A DNA stretch of 64,000 nucleotides. Origin: Eledone cirrhosa. Its lineage: Eukaryota. Where the stretch lies: assembly GCA_964016885.1 (NCBI GenBank), contig OZ024743.1, forward strand, positions 227,540,001 to 227,604,000, written 5' to 3'. Below, one piece after another: positions 25,671 through 37,801 of this stretch (positions are counted from its first letter, which is position 1; every line of letters begins with the position of its first letter). The position numbers and the translations under genes are program-made. The notes beneath the pieces were generated by a model, which saw nothing but the letters and a program-made list of their open reading frames with translations, had not been told where the DNA came from and did no database searches.

Positions 25671-28600
25671 CTACAGGCTGATATAGAGAGAAGGCCCATT
25701 CACTCGGGCCATTCTCGCCACTTTCACCCACCTTTCATAAAACTTGCTGGGGTACAGCACCTCTCTCTCCATCCTGATTCTTCTTCCAAAGTGGTGTTTG
25801 AAAAAAAGAATCAGTTGTTGGCCGGAGAGAAAGGTGTCTGACCTCAGCCCTTTCAACCTTGTCCACCATACAACCTCTTTCGCCATAGCTATCACACAAA
25901 GGAAAACCGCCTCTCCTTCGTTTTTGAAGGAGGGTGGCGGTTTGATCATGACAATGGACTCGGTGGTCAACTGGATTGGTCCCACCCGCGACAATAGTCG
26001 TTCTACATAGCCCCACAGGTCAGTGACGCCCGGGCAGTGTATGAATGCGTGCGCGGCGGTTTCTTCGTCTCGCACGCACGTCGGACAGATCTTTTTTGCA
26101 GGGTCCCTGCCCGGGCGCCCATGTCTGTAGAGCTTGTCTCGAACTGATAGAGCTCCTCGGTAGCACTGCCAGGCCAGGGACTTTTGGAAGTTTCCATCGG
26201 TCCCGGGCGGAAGGTCCTACCGAACAGACTGGCCAGTTCATCTTCCTCCACGCCCAGAGTTTCACCGAGCGCGTCGTCGCACTTGCTGCGGACCAACCCT
26301 CTATAGAATGACGAAGTGGAGTCTCCACTGATCGCCGGGTCCGCCTGCCAGAGGGCTGTGAGCGCCTGAGCACATTCGATGTGCCAGTCGCCCATTTTCC
26401 TCGGTCTCTGCTTGACCCAGGACTGCAGCTCGGTCAGCGAGACGAGTCGTGGGAAGGCTCGCCTCACGAACGGGGCGCACACCGGCTGTCCGGTGAGGAA
26501 TACGTAGAGATGCCGCAGCCTGAGCGCGTGTTTGCGCATCGTCAACCACGGCATCCCCAGCCCTCCGTTAGAAGGGTGTTGGCAGCAGATGGATCTTCTT
26601 ACCAAAGGAGCCCGCCTCTTCCAAAGGAATCGGAAGAGGGCGCGCTCCATTTTGGCGAGCGTTTTGGCTGGACAAGGCACGACGGTCAAGTGGTAGTAGA
26701 TGGCGGACGCTATAAAAGTGTTCGCCACCTCCGCTCGACCTTTCAATGAGAGTTTGCACTCGGCCCACTTCTGGGTGAGTGCAAACACCTTGGCCGTCAC
26801 TTCGTTCCAGTTCTTCTCCACCTGGAGGTCCGGACCAAATCAGACCCCGAGCAGCTTTACCGGTCCTTCCGTCCAGCGTCCGACGACGCCATCGGAAGGC
26901 ATCGGTCTGCCTCTCCACGATCCGAGTTGCAAACCGATGGACTTGTCCCGGTTCAGCTTCGCTCCTGTGAGACTTTCGTATTCCTTTAGTAAGGTGCCGA
27001 CTTCCTCGATTTGCGAGGCGCTCGACACCATTACTGTAACGTCGTCGGCGTAGGCCGACGCCGCTTTCCGCAGTCCCGGTTCCAGAGGGATGCCCTGCAA
27101 TAGCTCCAGCTTCCGCAGTAGTGGCTCGAGAGTCAGTACGTACAGAAGGGAGGAGAGAGGGCATCCCTGTCGAATGGATCGCGTAATATGGAACGGCTCC
27201 GAGAGGTAACCGTTCACCTTGACCCTTGAGCAGATGTTGCTGTTGTGCATTGCAGCAATCCAGCCCCTGAACACGGGTCCGAAGCCTGCCGCCTCGAGCA
27301 CCGCATCCAGGTAACGATGGTCAACCCTATCGAAAGCCTTAGACTGATCCAAGTTGATCAGGGCCCCACCGAAGCCGGGTTTACACCCTACCCTCTCTAT
27401 GATGTATCGCATGAGGTGGAGGTTGTCGTGTATGGACCTGGATGGGATCGCGCATGTCTGCGCTTCTCCCACCAGGTTCTCGACGACAAGCGCCAGCCTC
27501 TTTGCCAACACCTTGACCAAAATCTGTAACTCTGTGTTTAGCAGAGTTATGGGCCGGAAGTTGCCTATGTCATCCCCCTTATTCTCGTCCTTCCTGATTA
27601 GTGTGACCACGCCCCCGGTTACAGAACTGGGAATTCTCCCGTTCTGTTGCCAGTTGCAGTAGACCGCTTCCAGGAGACCGGAGAATAAGTCCGGCATTGC
27701 TACACAAATTTCGTAGGGCAGACCGTCGAGACCTGGAGATTTGCGTTTGCCGCATTGGCTCAGCGCGTCCCCTATCTCAGTGGCTGAAATCGGCCTTTCG
27801 CAGAACTTCGCCCCACTGTCCGAGAGTCGGGGTAGGCCGTCGAGGTATGGACCGAAATCCATAGCCTCTCCCGGCGCGCCGCTCCCCCCGAACAGCCGAG
27901 CAAAGTGCCGCTGAAAAGCCGCACACATCTGCTTCGGCTCACGTATCACGCGTCCGTTTTGGTCCTTCAAAGACCGAATCGTGGACTTGTTGCCACTTTT
28001 TGCCTCCGTCACTCGGGCCCAGCTAACAGCTTTGGCTCCCTCGTTTCCCAGAGCACGTATTTTGCTTCTGACAACGCAGCCCACGTGCTTTGCGTCGAAG
28101 AACTGGTCCAAGGCCGTTCTCGTTGCTAGCACGCTGGCTACGTTGCCACTTCTAATTGCCTCTTCTACTTTATCTACCAGTTCCTTCTCGGTTCTATTTC
28201 TATCTAACGCTAATTCTTTACTAAAATCTATCGAGTCTAATCTAACTGCCCTCTTGAGAGAGTACCACCATCTGTTGTTGACAATGGCCCCTGTCAAGTG
28301 CTGTTTAACTAAAGTGCTAATCCGTCTACTGTAGGCTTTGCTTGTCGGTAACGACAAGTTCAGCTTCCAGTAGCCGGGTCCTTGTCTATGGGTTCTATCA
28401 AGGTTGGCCATGCAGGTCACTAGTTTGTGATCTGAATAGGCAACCATGAACATTTGTGGACAGCTTAACATGTCCCTATCCTTATTTCTAACTAGAACCC
28501 TATCTAGGTACGATCTAGATGTTCCGCTACGATTACTCCACGTCCACAGTGGCGCAGTCGGAAAATCTAGTCGATATCTATCGGCCAGGTCAAATCGGTC

Positions 28601-29107
28601 GATTAACTGTTTGAGGCTGTTACACCCCCCTTTTTCGGGACATGCTCCCACATAGTCCCAACGTGCATCTAGGATTCCATTCCAGTCCCCCACTAAAAGC
28701 AAGGAGCGGGACGTTCCCAGTAAAGTCTCTAGACGTTTGAAGAAGTCTGGCCGCGGTGTCCCGGATGGGGCATATGCGGCCACCAGCCTGAAGGCTCCAC
28801 CTTCACTACCGTCAACGTCTAGGACCACCAGTCGACCCTCCGGGTCCAGATGTACCGTCTGTGTTACGAGGCCCAGGTGTTTCCGCAGCAAAACGGCAAC
28901 TCCGCCCCCACCCCCCGGTTGACAGAGAGATGCGTAGATCTCAAAGTCATCGAAGATGGGGGCCAGGTGTCGCTCGCCGTGGATCCTGGACTCGCAAATG
29001 GCTACCACATCCAAACTGTGCGACCTGAGGTCGTTTAAGAGTTTGCCCTGTTTCCAGGGCATCCCCAGGCCGCGTACGTTCACATATCCAACTCTTATAT
29101 TGGCCAT
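25671..29107 (-). pseudogene. Tx1 copy D ORF2 (premature TGA at 26840 replacing Trp; frameshift near 26195)
   Basis: 755-aa APE+RT ORF followed by fragments 26003-26821 and 25671-26075. Confidence 0.92.
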
Positions 29108-29144
29108 GTTGGTGCTGAAAAGTTAAAAGAGGAAAAGAGATCAC

Positions 29145-31055
29145 TCACCCTTCGCCTCCTGGGGACCAGGCCGCACGATTTCCATGGGGGTGTTGGAGGG
29201 GTTGTCTGGATGGGTGGTGGTTTCCGGCGGGGTGGGGACGCAGATGTTTGGTGGGGTGGGGGTCTGGTGGGATGGGGGTGTCTGGGGTGGGGAGGCATTC
29301 GAGAAGGACGCTGTTGAGTGGTTTCACGCAGGAATTCCCCACATCCTTCTCAAATGTTTCTTTTAGGGACCTATAAGTTTGTATAGGGACCCTAATCAGT
29401 TTTAGGTTCAGTTTTTTGCTATTTTTTATAGAGTGGGCGAAAGTTTTCCCTTCGGTGAAAACCGAAGGGTCGTTCGTGATGGTCTCCATTAGTGTTTTGT
29501 TTTCAGTGTTTATGTAAGTGTAAGTGTAATTTTCTTGTGTTGTGTTTGTTTTTGTCTGTAGTTCTTGTGTGTGCTTTCGTTTTGTTGTAGGTATTTTGTT
29601 TTCAGGAGGTGGGGGTTTTGTTTGTGATATTTTTGTTGTTTGTGTTGGTGGTTGTATGTTTGTGGTAGTGTTTGCTGGTTTTTTGCTTTTGTGATGTCTT
29701 TTCTTTCTTTTCGAGCGATGGGGTTCTCCCTCGTCTTCACTGGGTGATGGCGAGATAGCCTCATCTGTTGTATCGTCTGTGTGATTGGGGAGGGGTATGT
29801 CTTGGGGAGCTGTTGTGTCTGTATGTGATTTTGCAGTGGTTTTAGGTGGAGTGGGGTTGGGTGGGACTGTGTTTGTTGTGGTTATTTTTGTGTGTTGGTG
29901 TTGTTGTTGTGGTGGTGTTGGTGGTTGTGTTGTTTTGATGGGTGTCGGCAGAAGAGCCTTTTTTTGGTTCATTAGTTTAGGACAGGAAGCCCTCAGGTGA
30001 CCCCTGCTAAAGCAATGGTAACATGAAGGCCGCCTACCCTCAACCGAAAGGTTTATGTAGGTAAGTCCGTCCAGGAGTACACGCTGTGGGATCATAGCTA
30101 TTCGCTCTGGGCTCATTTGCACCAGAACTTCAATACTAGTCCCATTGAATACATCTCTGGGGGACTTGCCTACTGACAGTATTCTGTCTTCATCAAAATT
30201 GATGAAGCCGCACAGTATCCACCATATGTTCACCTTTGGTGTGACACTTGTGATTCTGATCTTTTGTGTCCTTTTTCCCATGTATGTAGGGGAAAAGGTG
30301 TACAGGTTGGATACAATTGGCGACACAGAGTAATTTTGGGCCGTCAATTGATCCTTCATCAGTACCGAAATACTCCCAAAAAGTTTGCTTCTTTGAATGA
30401 ATGCAATATCATTCATTGAATTTTTGAAAACCAGTTCAATATCTTTCTGTGACAATTGGACTGGTTTTCGGGTAGAATTGGAAACTGTCCTAAAAACTAT
30501 CGTTTTGAGAGCAGTTTCCTTGCGAATTTCTACCGGAGAATTGATGCTGAAACCACCATTTTTTTCGAAGGTGACATATCTCTTAGCGTCCTTTAAAAGG
30601 TGTTCAGCATTTGTTATGTCGAGATATATCAATTGTTCTTTCTTTTGAACTTTCTCCGCAAAGGAGATTTTTGGTTTCTTTGTGGAATCCGTATTGGTGG
30701 TGTTGTCATTATTGTTGTTATTCTTGTTGTTATTCTTGTTGTCACCGATGTTGGTATCATCCGTATTTTCCTTGGTGTTGTTGTTGTCTTTGATGCTGGT
30801 GTTATTGGCGTTGTCTTTATTTTTTTCTTTGTTGTTGTCATCATTGTTGCTTTTATCATCATTATTGGTTTTGCTGTTATTTTTGTTGTCATTGAGCTGT
30901 TTGGTGTCATTTGTGTTGTTTGGATGTGAATTCGTTTTTTTATTTTCATTTTGTCTTTCCATCTCTATATTATCTAGTGAAGAAGACGTTGTTGACTGCG
31001 AGCTTGGTAGTCTTACCGCCTCTCCACCACCATTATCGTTGGACGCAGCGTTCAT
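29145..31055 (-). CDS. Tx1 copy D ORF1, 636 aa zinc-knuckle nucleic-acid-binding protein
   Basis: Asn-rich N-terminus, conserved middle domain, CYHCFSRGHLRASC, Pro/Thr linker with basic KRKKR, conserved C-terminal domain. Confidence 0.88.
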   Translation of the reverse strand: MNAASNDNGGGEAVRLPSSQSTTSSSLDNIEMERQNENKKTNSHPNNTNDTKQLNDNKNNSKTNNDDKSNNDDNNKEKNKDNANNTSIKDNNNTKENTDDTNIGDNKNNNKNNNNNDNTTNTDSTKKPKISFAEKVQKKEQLIYLDITNAEHLLKDAKRYVTFEKNGGFSINSPVEIRKETALKTIVFRTVSNSTRKPVQLSQKDIELVFKNSMNDIAFIQRSKLFGSISVLMKDQLTAQNYSVSPIVSNLYTFSPTYMGKRTQKIRITSVTPKVNIWWILCGFINFDEDRILSVGKSPRDVFNGTSIEVLVQMSPERIAMIPQRVLLDGLTYINLSVEGRRPSCYHCFSRGHLRASCPKLMNQKKALLPTPIKTTQPPTPPQQQHQHTKITTTNTVPPNPTPPKTTAKSHTDTTAPQDIPLPNHTDDTTDEAISPSPSEDEGEPHRSKRKKRHHKSKKPANTTTNIQPPTQTTKISQTKPPPPENKIPTTKRKHTQELQTKTNTTQENYTYTYINTENKTLMETITNDPSVFTEGKTFAHSIKNSKKLNLKLIRVPIQTYRSLKETFEKDVGNSCVKPLNSVLLECLPTPDTPIPPDPHPTKHLRPHPAGNHHPSRQPLQHPHGNRAAWSPGGEG

Positions 31056-31121
31056 AACGTAATCAAAATTTTACAATATTTTTTTCCAAGATTCGATGGA
31101 GAAAAATTTGTTAAATGGATA

Positions 31122-31187
31122 TTCCGCCCCTGAAGGGGCGAAAATGAGTTGACCCACCACCTGAAGGTCCAGACGGGTGGTCAAGTT
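31122..31187 (-). promoter_or_regulatory. Conserved 5'-UTR double hairpin of Tx1 copy D
   Basis: TTGACC-ACCCGTCTG-GACCTT-CAGGTGGTG-GGTCAA then TTCGCCCCT-TC-AGGGGCGGA. Confidence 0.6.
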
Positions 31188-31280
31188 ACACAATGATATA
31201 AAATTGAACTAAAAACTCACGTTTTTTCCTTACATAAATTAACGGAAACTTCTCCGCGAAGTGACACACGACTGATAGAG

Positions 31281-31281
<1 letters not shown>

Positions 31282-31345
<64 letters not shown>
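31282..31345. repeat. (GATA)n microsatellite at the 5' flank of copy D
   Basis: Direct reading. Confidence 0.95.
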
Positions 31346-31833
31346 TATGTGTAGGTAGATATCATTTGTCCTACGTATAGTGTTCTAGATGAAGATAGTA
31401 CAGAGCCGTTGCGCAGTATGTGTCTCGGTCAATTGGAACAGAATTCGTCGTGTTTGACAGAATACGAACCAACGTGGTCTCGGCCCTTTTACCAGAAATC
31501 GTATTCACTCACCAGTCTCCACTCATCACAAACCCTATCATCAAAACCTAGAACCACCATTAACACCTCGACTAATTTACAACATCTGTTGACAGCGCCA
31601 TAAACGCCTTACGAATTTCAACACCTTATATAGCCCAACAGACTACAAGCCTCCTGTCAATACATACACAATTAGGCTAAACAAAATTAGTAAAAACAAA
31701 ATGTAATAAAATTTACAATGTTATCGAAATAAATAAAATCATGCTACATAATCATTCTAACATTAAGAAAAATACATTTAAAACACAAAACCACAACATA
31801 CATATTGTATAGAATACAATATCTACACATATA

Positions 31834-31915
31834 TAGGGTGTCTCCAAAAAATGTATATACAAATATATTAGAATGCTGTTGAAGTGTATATACATTTTTT
31901 TTCAGACACCCTGTA
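31834..31915. mobile_element. Tiny Tc1/mariner-type MITE
   Basis: TIRs AGGGTGTCTCCAAAAAATGTATATAC / GTATATACATTTTTTTTCAGACACCCTG in a TA context; a related relic lies at ~51105-51202. Confidence 0.55.
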
Positions 31916-32045
31916 TTTAAAGTAAAAACCTTATTTATTCAGAACGCCCCATTTCTTCAACACCCAATAAATTAAATCTAAATACTTTTAGGAATCCACA
32001 AAGCATTTTTTCATGTACCACTTCCGCACGTGTGTGCGTGTATGC

Positions 32046-32076
<31 letters not shown>

Positions 32077-32376
32077 TGTATGTATGTATGTATGTATGTA
32101 TGTATGTATGTCGGGTCACTCTTGAGTGCTACTGGTAACATGTAACCCAATACAACCTGTCGCATGGTCGGGTCGTCGGCGACTAAACCGGCAACCCCAC
32201 CAAGTTTACTACTTATAGAATGCTATTATTTTTATAATGAATAATTAACATTTTCGAAAAATACATAAGTGGAAACAAAACATTGCAATCAAATTTTTGC
32301 GGAAAAATATCTTACCTTCTACAATAAAAATATTATATATTTTGCGAAATCCAGAGACTTTTAATAATGACCAGAA

Positions 32377-32820
32377 GTCGATCCTAAATATTACTAATAG
32401 CTCTAGGAAAGCCATGAACGAAACCACATCTTTTTAACTTTGATTTTGAAAGTAGGTTTATAATTATCAATTTTTATTATACTCTTGTAGCTGTCTTGGT
32501 GGCCTAGCTGGAGACATCATAGACGGTGGTGATCCTGGTCTGAAATTCAATCCTGGACGGGAGTAGGGTTCCCAGTAAACCTTTTCAGTATTTTTGGTTG
32601 TAAAATAAAAACTGAAAAAATTTACATGCACCTCTCGGACAGGATTGAAACCAAGGCCAGGATCTCCACCGGCTATAGCACTTACCGCCAGGCCACAGAG
32701 ACAACTACGAAAATCTCATGAAAATTCATACTTATAAACCTACTTTCAAAATTATCAAGACAAAATGATGTAGTGTCGTTCATGTCTTTCTTAATGTTAT
32801 TGCTTCTACTTAAGGTCGAC
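32377..32820. mobile_element. Diverged fold-back element containing two inverted tRNA-like heads
   Basis: Arms share GAACGAAACCACATC…TTTTGAAAGTAGGTTTATAA and GTGGCCTAGCTGG…TTCAATCCTG in inverted orientation. Confidence 0.55.
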
Positions 32821-33142
32821 TACTAAATCATTTGGGTGTTCCATAAACTACATTCTCGTTTTATTTTTCATCTATCTACACTACATCTTAACCTGCAATC
32901 TATGTTTCATCTCTGTCCCACCTCGTTTCTCCCCTCCCCCTCTCTCTCTATCTCTCTCTCTATCTCTCTGTGATATTTGAATCAGCTATGATTTGGGCTT
33001 AACTTATTCCTATATATATGTTTTTGCATGTTAGTTAGATTCAAACTTACAATGATTGTCATTATATATATGTGTGTGTGTGTATGTGTGTGTGTGTGCG
33101 TGTGTGTGTCTGTCTGTGTGTCTGTGTATGTGTCTATGTGTA

Positions 33143-33198
<56 letters not shown>

Positions 33199-33213
33199 GA
33201 TAAATCTACCATA

Positions 33214-33296
33214 TCTAACACATATATATCCTAGAAACGATCTAACACATATATATCCTAGAAACGATCTAACACATATATATCCTAGAAACGATC
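33214..33296. repeat. 27-bp tandem repeat x3
   Basis: TCTAACACATATATATCCTAGAAACGA at 33214, 33241 and 33268. Confidence 0.9.
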
Positions 33297-33357
33297 GTTA
33301 AATAATGAACTTTTTTTGTTTAATATAAGGAACTGTTTCATTGTTTTATTCATTATT

Positions 33358-33406
<49 letters not shown>

Positions 33407-33646
33407 TGGCGGACTAGGTCTAAAGATATTGGTTACCAGATGAAGGGGGCCCACCTACATACAGAGTGCTATTATTAAATTTTTATAATGAATAAATTAC
33501 ATTTTCAAAAAATACATAAGTGGAAACAAAACAGTGCAATCAAATGTTTGCGGCAAAATATCTTACCTTCTTCAATAAAAAATATTATGTATTTTGCGAA
33601 ATCTAGAGACTTTCAATAATGATCTTTGGTCTTTCACAGTCACTCA

Positions 33647-33691
<45 letters not shown>

Positions 33692-33706
33692 TGTGTATGT
33701 GTGTGT

Positions 33707-33825
<119 letters not shown>

Positions 33826-33836
33826 CTATCTACCTA

Positions 33837-33870
<34 letters not shown>

Positions 33871-33874
33871 GTAT

Positions 33875-34525
33875 ATTTTACTTCACACATCATGAAGGTG
33901 TCGACAATGTGCAGACGACTCGCTGGTTGGATCTTTAGGACCTTTCGGATAAGCGACCGAGAAACCATGTTGATACTATAGAGTACATTTGTCCTGAGCC
34001 GACTGGACCACTGCTCCCAACTGTGGTCATCCCATAGTATCAAACTTATCACAGAGATTGGGGCAATCCATCGAAGCTACACCAATAGGATTGCCACGAT
34101 GAAGGAGATGAGCTACTGGGAGAGGCTAAAAGTACTGAAACTCTACTCCTTGGAACGAAGACGAGAGAGATATGTAGTGTTATACAAAATCGTAGCGGGA
34201 CTAGGTCCAATCTTTGGCATTTAGAGCTGGATGACCCCCCAAACAGGATGTTACTGTGTATTGCCCCGTCTTTCACATCTACAATAAGGAACAGATATTG
34301 CAATAGCCTGTGGTTCAAATGCCCTCGACTCTTCCACAAGCAACCAAGAAATTTGAGAGACTTGCATGGTGTGGACGTGGATGATTTCTAGAAACATCTT
34401 GTCACTCTGCTATTCAGGATCCCGGATGAGCCCACATCACGGTACGAAGTTAAACTCAGGGCACCATTAATGGCCAGCCAATACAGACGTGCCCAACATG
34501 GCCTCAGTCAGATGGCTGGAACAGG
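33875..34525 (+). mobile_element. Decayed CR1/L2-group LINE 3' fragment
   Basis: GWIFRTF…ETMLIL, FVLSRLDHCSQLWS and SYWERLKVLKLYSLERRRER motifs. Confidence 0.75.
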
Positions 34526-34776
34526 TAAAAGAGTAAAAGAGTAATATATGTATATATATATTCAATATATTCAATACGATGTTAAGTTATAAAAACTTAT
34601 TATTTTTATTTGTATGATAACGATGTTTATCTTTATATAAGCTCAATGGACCTTAGTTCAGAGTATTAATAATTCAAATTCAAAAGATATATTCAGAGAG
34701 AGAAAGAATCATATATCATTTGAGATACATATAATATTTTGTACACATATTTAATACAAATAATATGATATATAAC

Positions 34777-34833
<57 letters not shown>

Positions 34834-34910
34834 GTCTCTCTCTCTCTCCCTTTCTCTCTCTCTCTCTTGCTCTCTCTTTCTCTCTCTCTCTCTCAAAATA
34901 TAGCTTTTGA

Positions 34911-34960
<50 letters not shown>

Positions 34961-35631
34961 TGTCTCTGTAGGCGCGTGTTTTGGGGTTTGATCATGCTAA
35001 GTGGCACTTTGAGCAAGTATTTCCTACTATAACATCGGGTAATTAGTATCCTTCGATTAAAGTTTGTATGATGAAACTGCGGAAGATCTCCGTATGAATG
35101 TGTATTGTTTGTGTGTAAGGGAGAAAGATCAAGTGAGTATAGGTATTTTGTGAGTGTATATGTGTGTACGTGTCTGTGGGTGGGTGTGGCTGTATGTGTA
35201 TGTGTGTGCTTGTATATATCTTTCGCCGATATATATCGAAGAAAGTTGTAAATAGGCTTGGTAAGTTCAAGGATGCGAGAGTTTATCCGTCACTTGTTTT
35301 AAGATATCGTGGTTCTTAGATATCTTTAAGGAAATTTCCTCCCTTGCAAACATTTATAGCAGTTGGCAGATTTGCTAAACGTCCTCGATTCCTCCCACGG
35401 ATTTAAATTATAAAGTTGTGTTAAGAGCTGCACTTACATTTCAAACTATACGTTTCTTGAAAAGCCTGCTCATTTCGAACAAGGTTTCATAAAATATATT
35501 TTTGCAGTGAGTGACATAATCCCTTGTCACTCTCCATCATAAATGGTGGTTGATCGGCTGGAAAAATGTTGCCAACGGTACACTAAAATATAAAATAATT
35601 TGATTTGCCTTTCCTCAGGGGACTGCGATAA

Positions 35632-35662
<31 letters not shown>

Positions 35663-35817
35663 AATTAATTTTTTCCGGGTATGTCAATATTTATTTATAA
35701 AACAAATCTGTATTTTATCTGATGAAATCGCACCATAATTTGCCTTGGTTGCCCTTGAAATATGTATAATAAAATAAATATGGTTTTATAAATATAGTTT
35801 TCATTTATTAATATATA

Positions 35818-37002
<1,185 letters not shown>

Positions 37003-37014
37003 ATATATATATAC

Positions 37015-37096
<82 letters not shown>

Positions 37097-37763
37097 AATG
37101 GGGGAACTAGGCAAAATCTGTTGAAATTCGAAGAAAGATTTATTGCATAACAGGGTCCCATAAACATATTTCAATGCAGTTATGCAATCACCTACGAGAG
37201 ATGAAATATTATATTATATAACCTCATATCCCACAATGCGTAATTACGTTAGCATTTCGTTACAAATTTCTGTGGACCAAGTTATGTTTATACAGTAAAT
37301 CCCGATGCAGACTGGCAAATCCTAAATAATTTATCGTCACATAAATCAAATAATAATTATGCAAATTTAACATTAACTTAAGTAAATATATATACATACA
37401 TGTCAACATTTCATATGTACAAATTAATGAGGAGAACAAATTTGAAAGTAGCCAACGAAATGTGTTAGTAAGTTGTTCAAGGAAATTGGAGTGACGACAA
37501 GTGGGTAGTGTATTTCAACAGATTTTGCCTAGTCTTTCCTGATATTCTATTCCCTTTAAATTACTCTATAAAATGATCTTTGGAACCTATGTACCATACT
37601 CGATGACACATCTCGTATCATCAAGATACTTATGTTACATAACTCTACCGACTTCGTTGAGTTTAATTAATCGGCAAGCTACCACTTCCATTTGTTGTTT
37701 AGCTTATTCATTTTACACAAACGCGAATTAGCCCACATAAAACGAATACTCCTGTTTCCTCTC

Positions 37764-37801
<38 letters not shown>

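Larger units (their letters stand above)
25433..31276 (-). mobile_element. Full-length L1/Tx1-clade LINE, copy D (best preserved)
   Basis: Open 636-aa ORF1; ORF2 with few lesions; 5' end TCAGTC (Inr-like) abutting (GATA)n. Confidence 0.95.

Noticed and set aside
29115-29148. 34-nt mini-intron in the copy D spacer (GTGAGT…TTTCAG) fusing ORF1 to ORF2
   Set aside because: Very short, and the AG is absent from the spacers of copies A and C.
12658-31062. Numerous plus-strand ORFs inside the LINE array
   Set aside because: Antisense shadows of ORF1/ORF2 with no independent motifs.
33214-33296. CRISPR-like appearance of the 27-bp repeat
   Set aside because: No spacers; simple tandem repeat in eukaryotic DNA.
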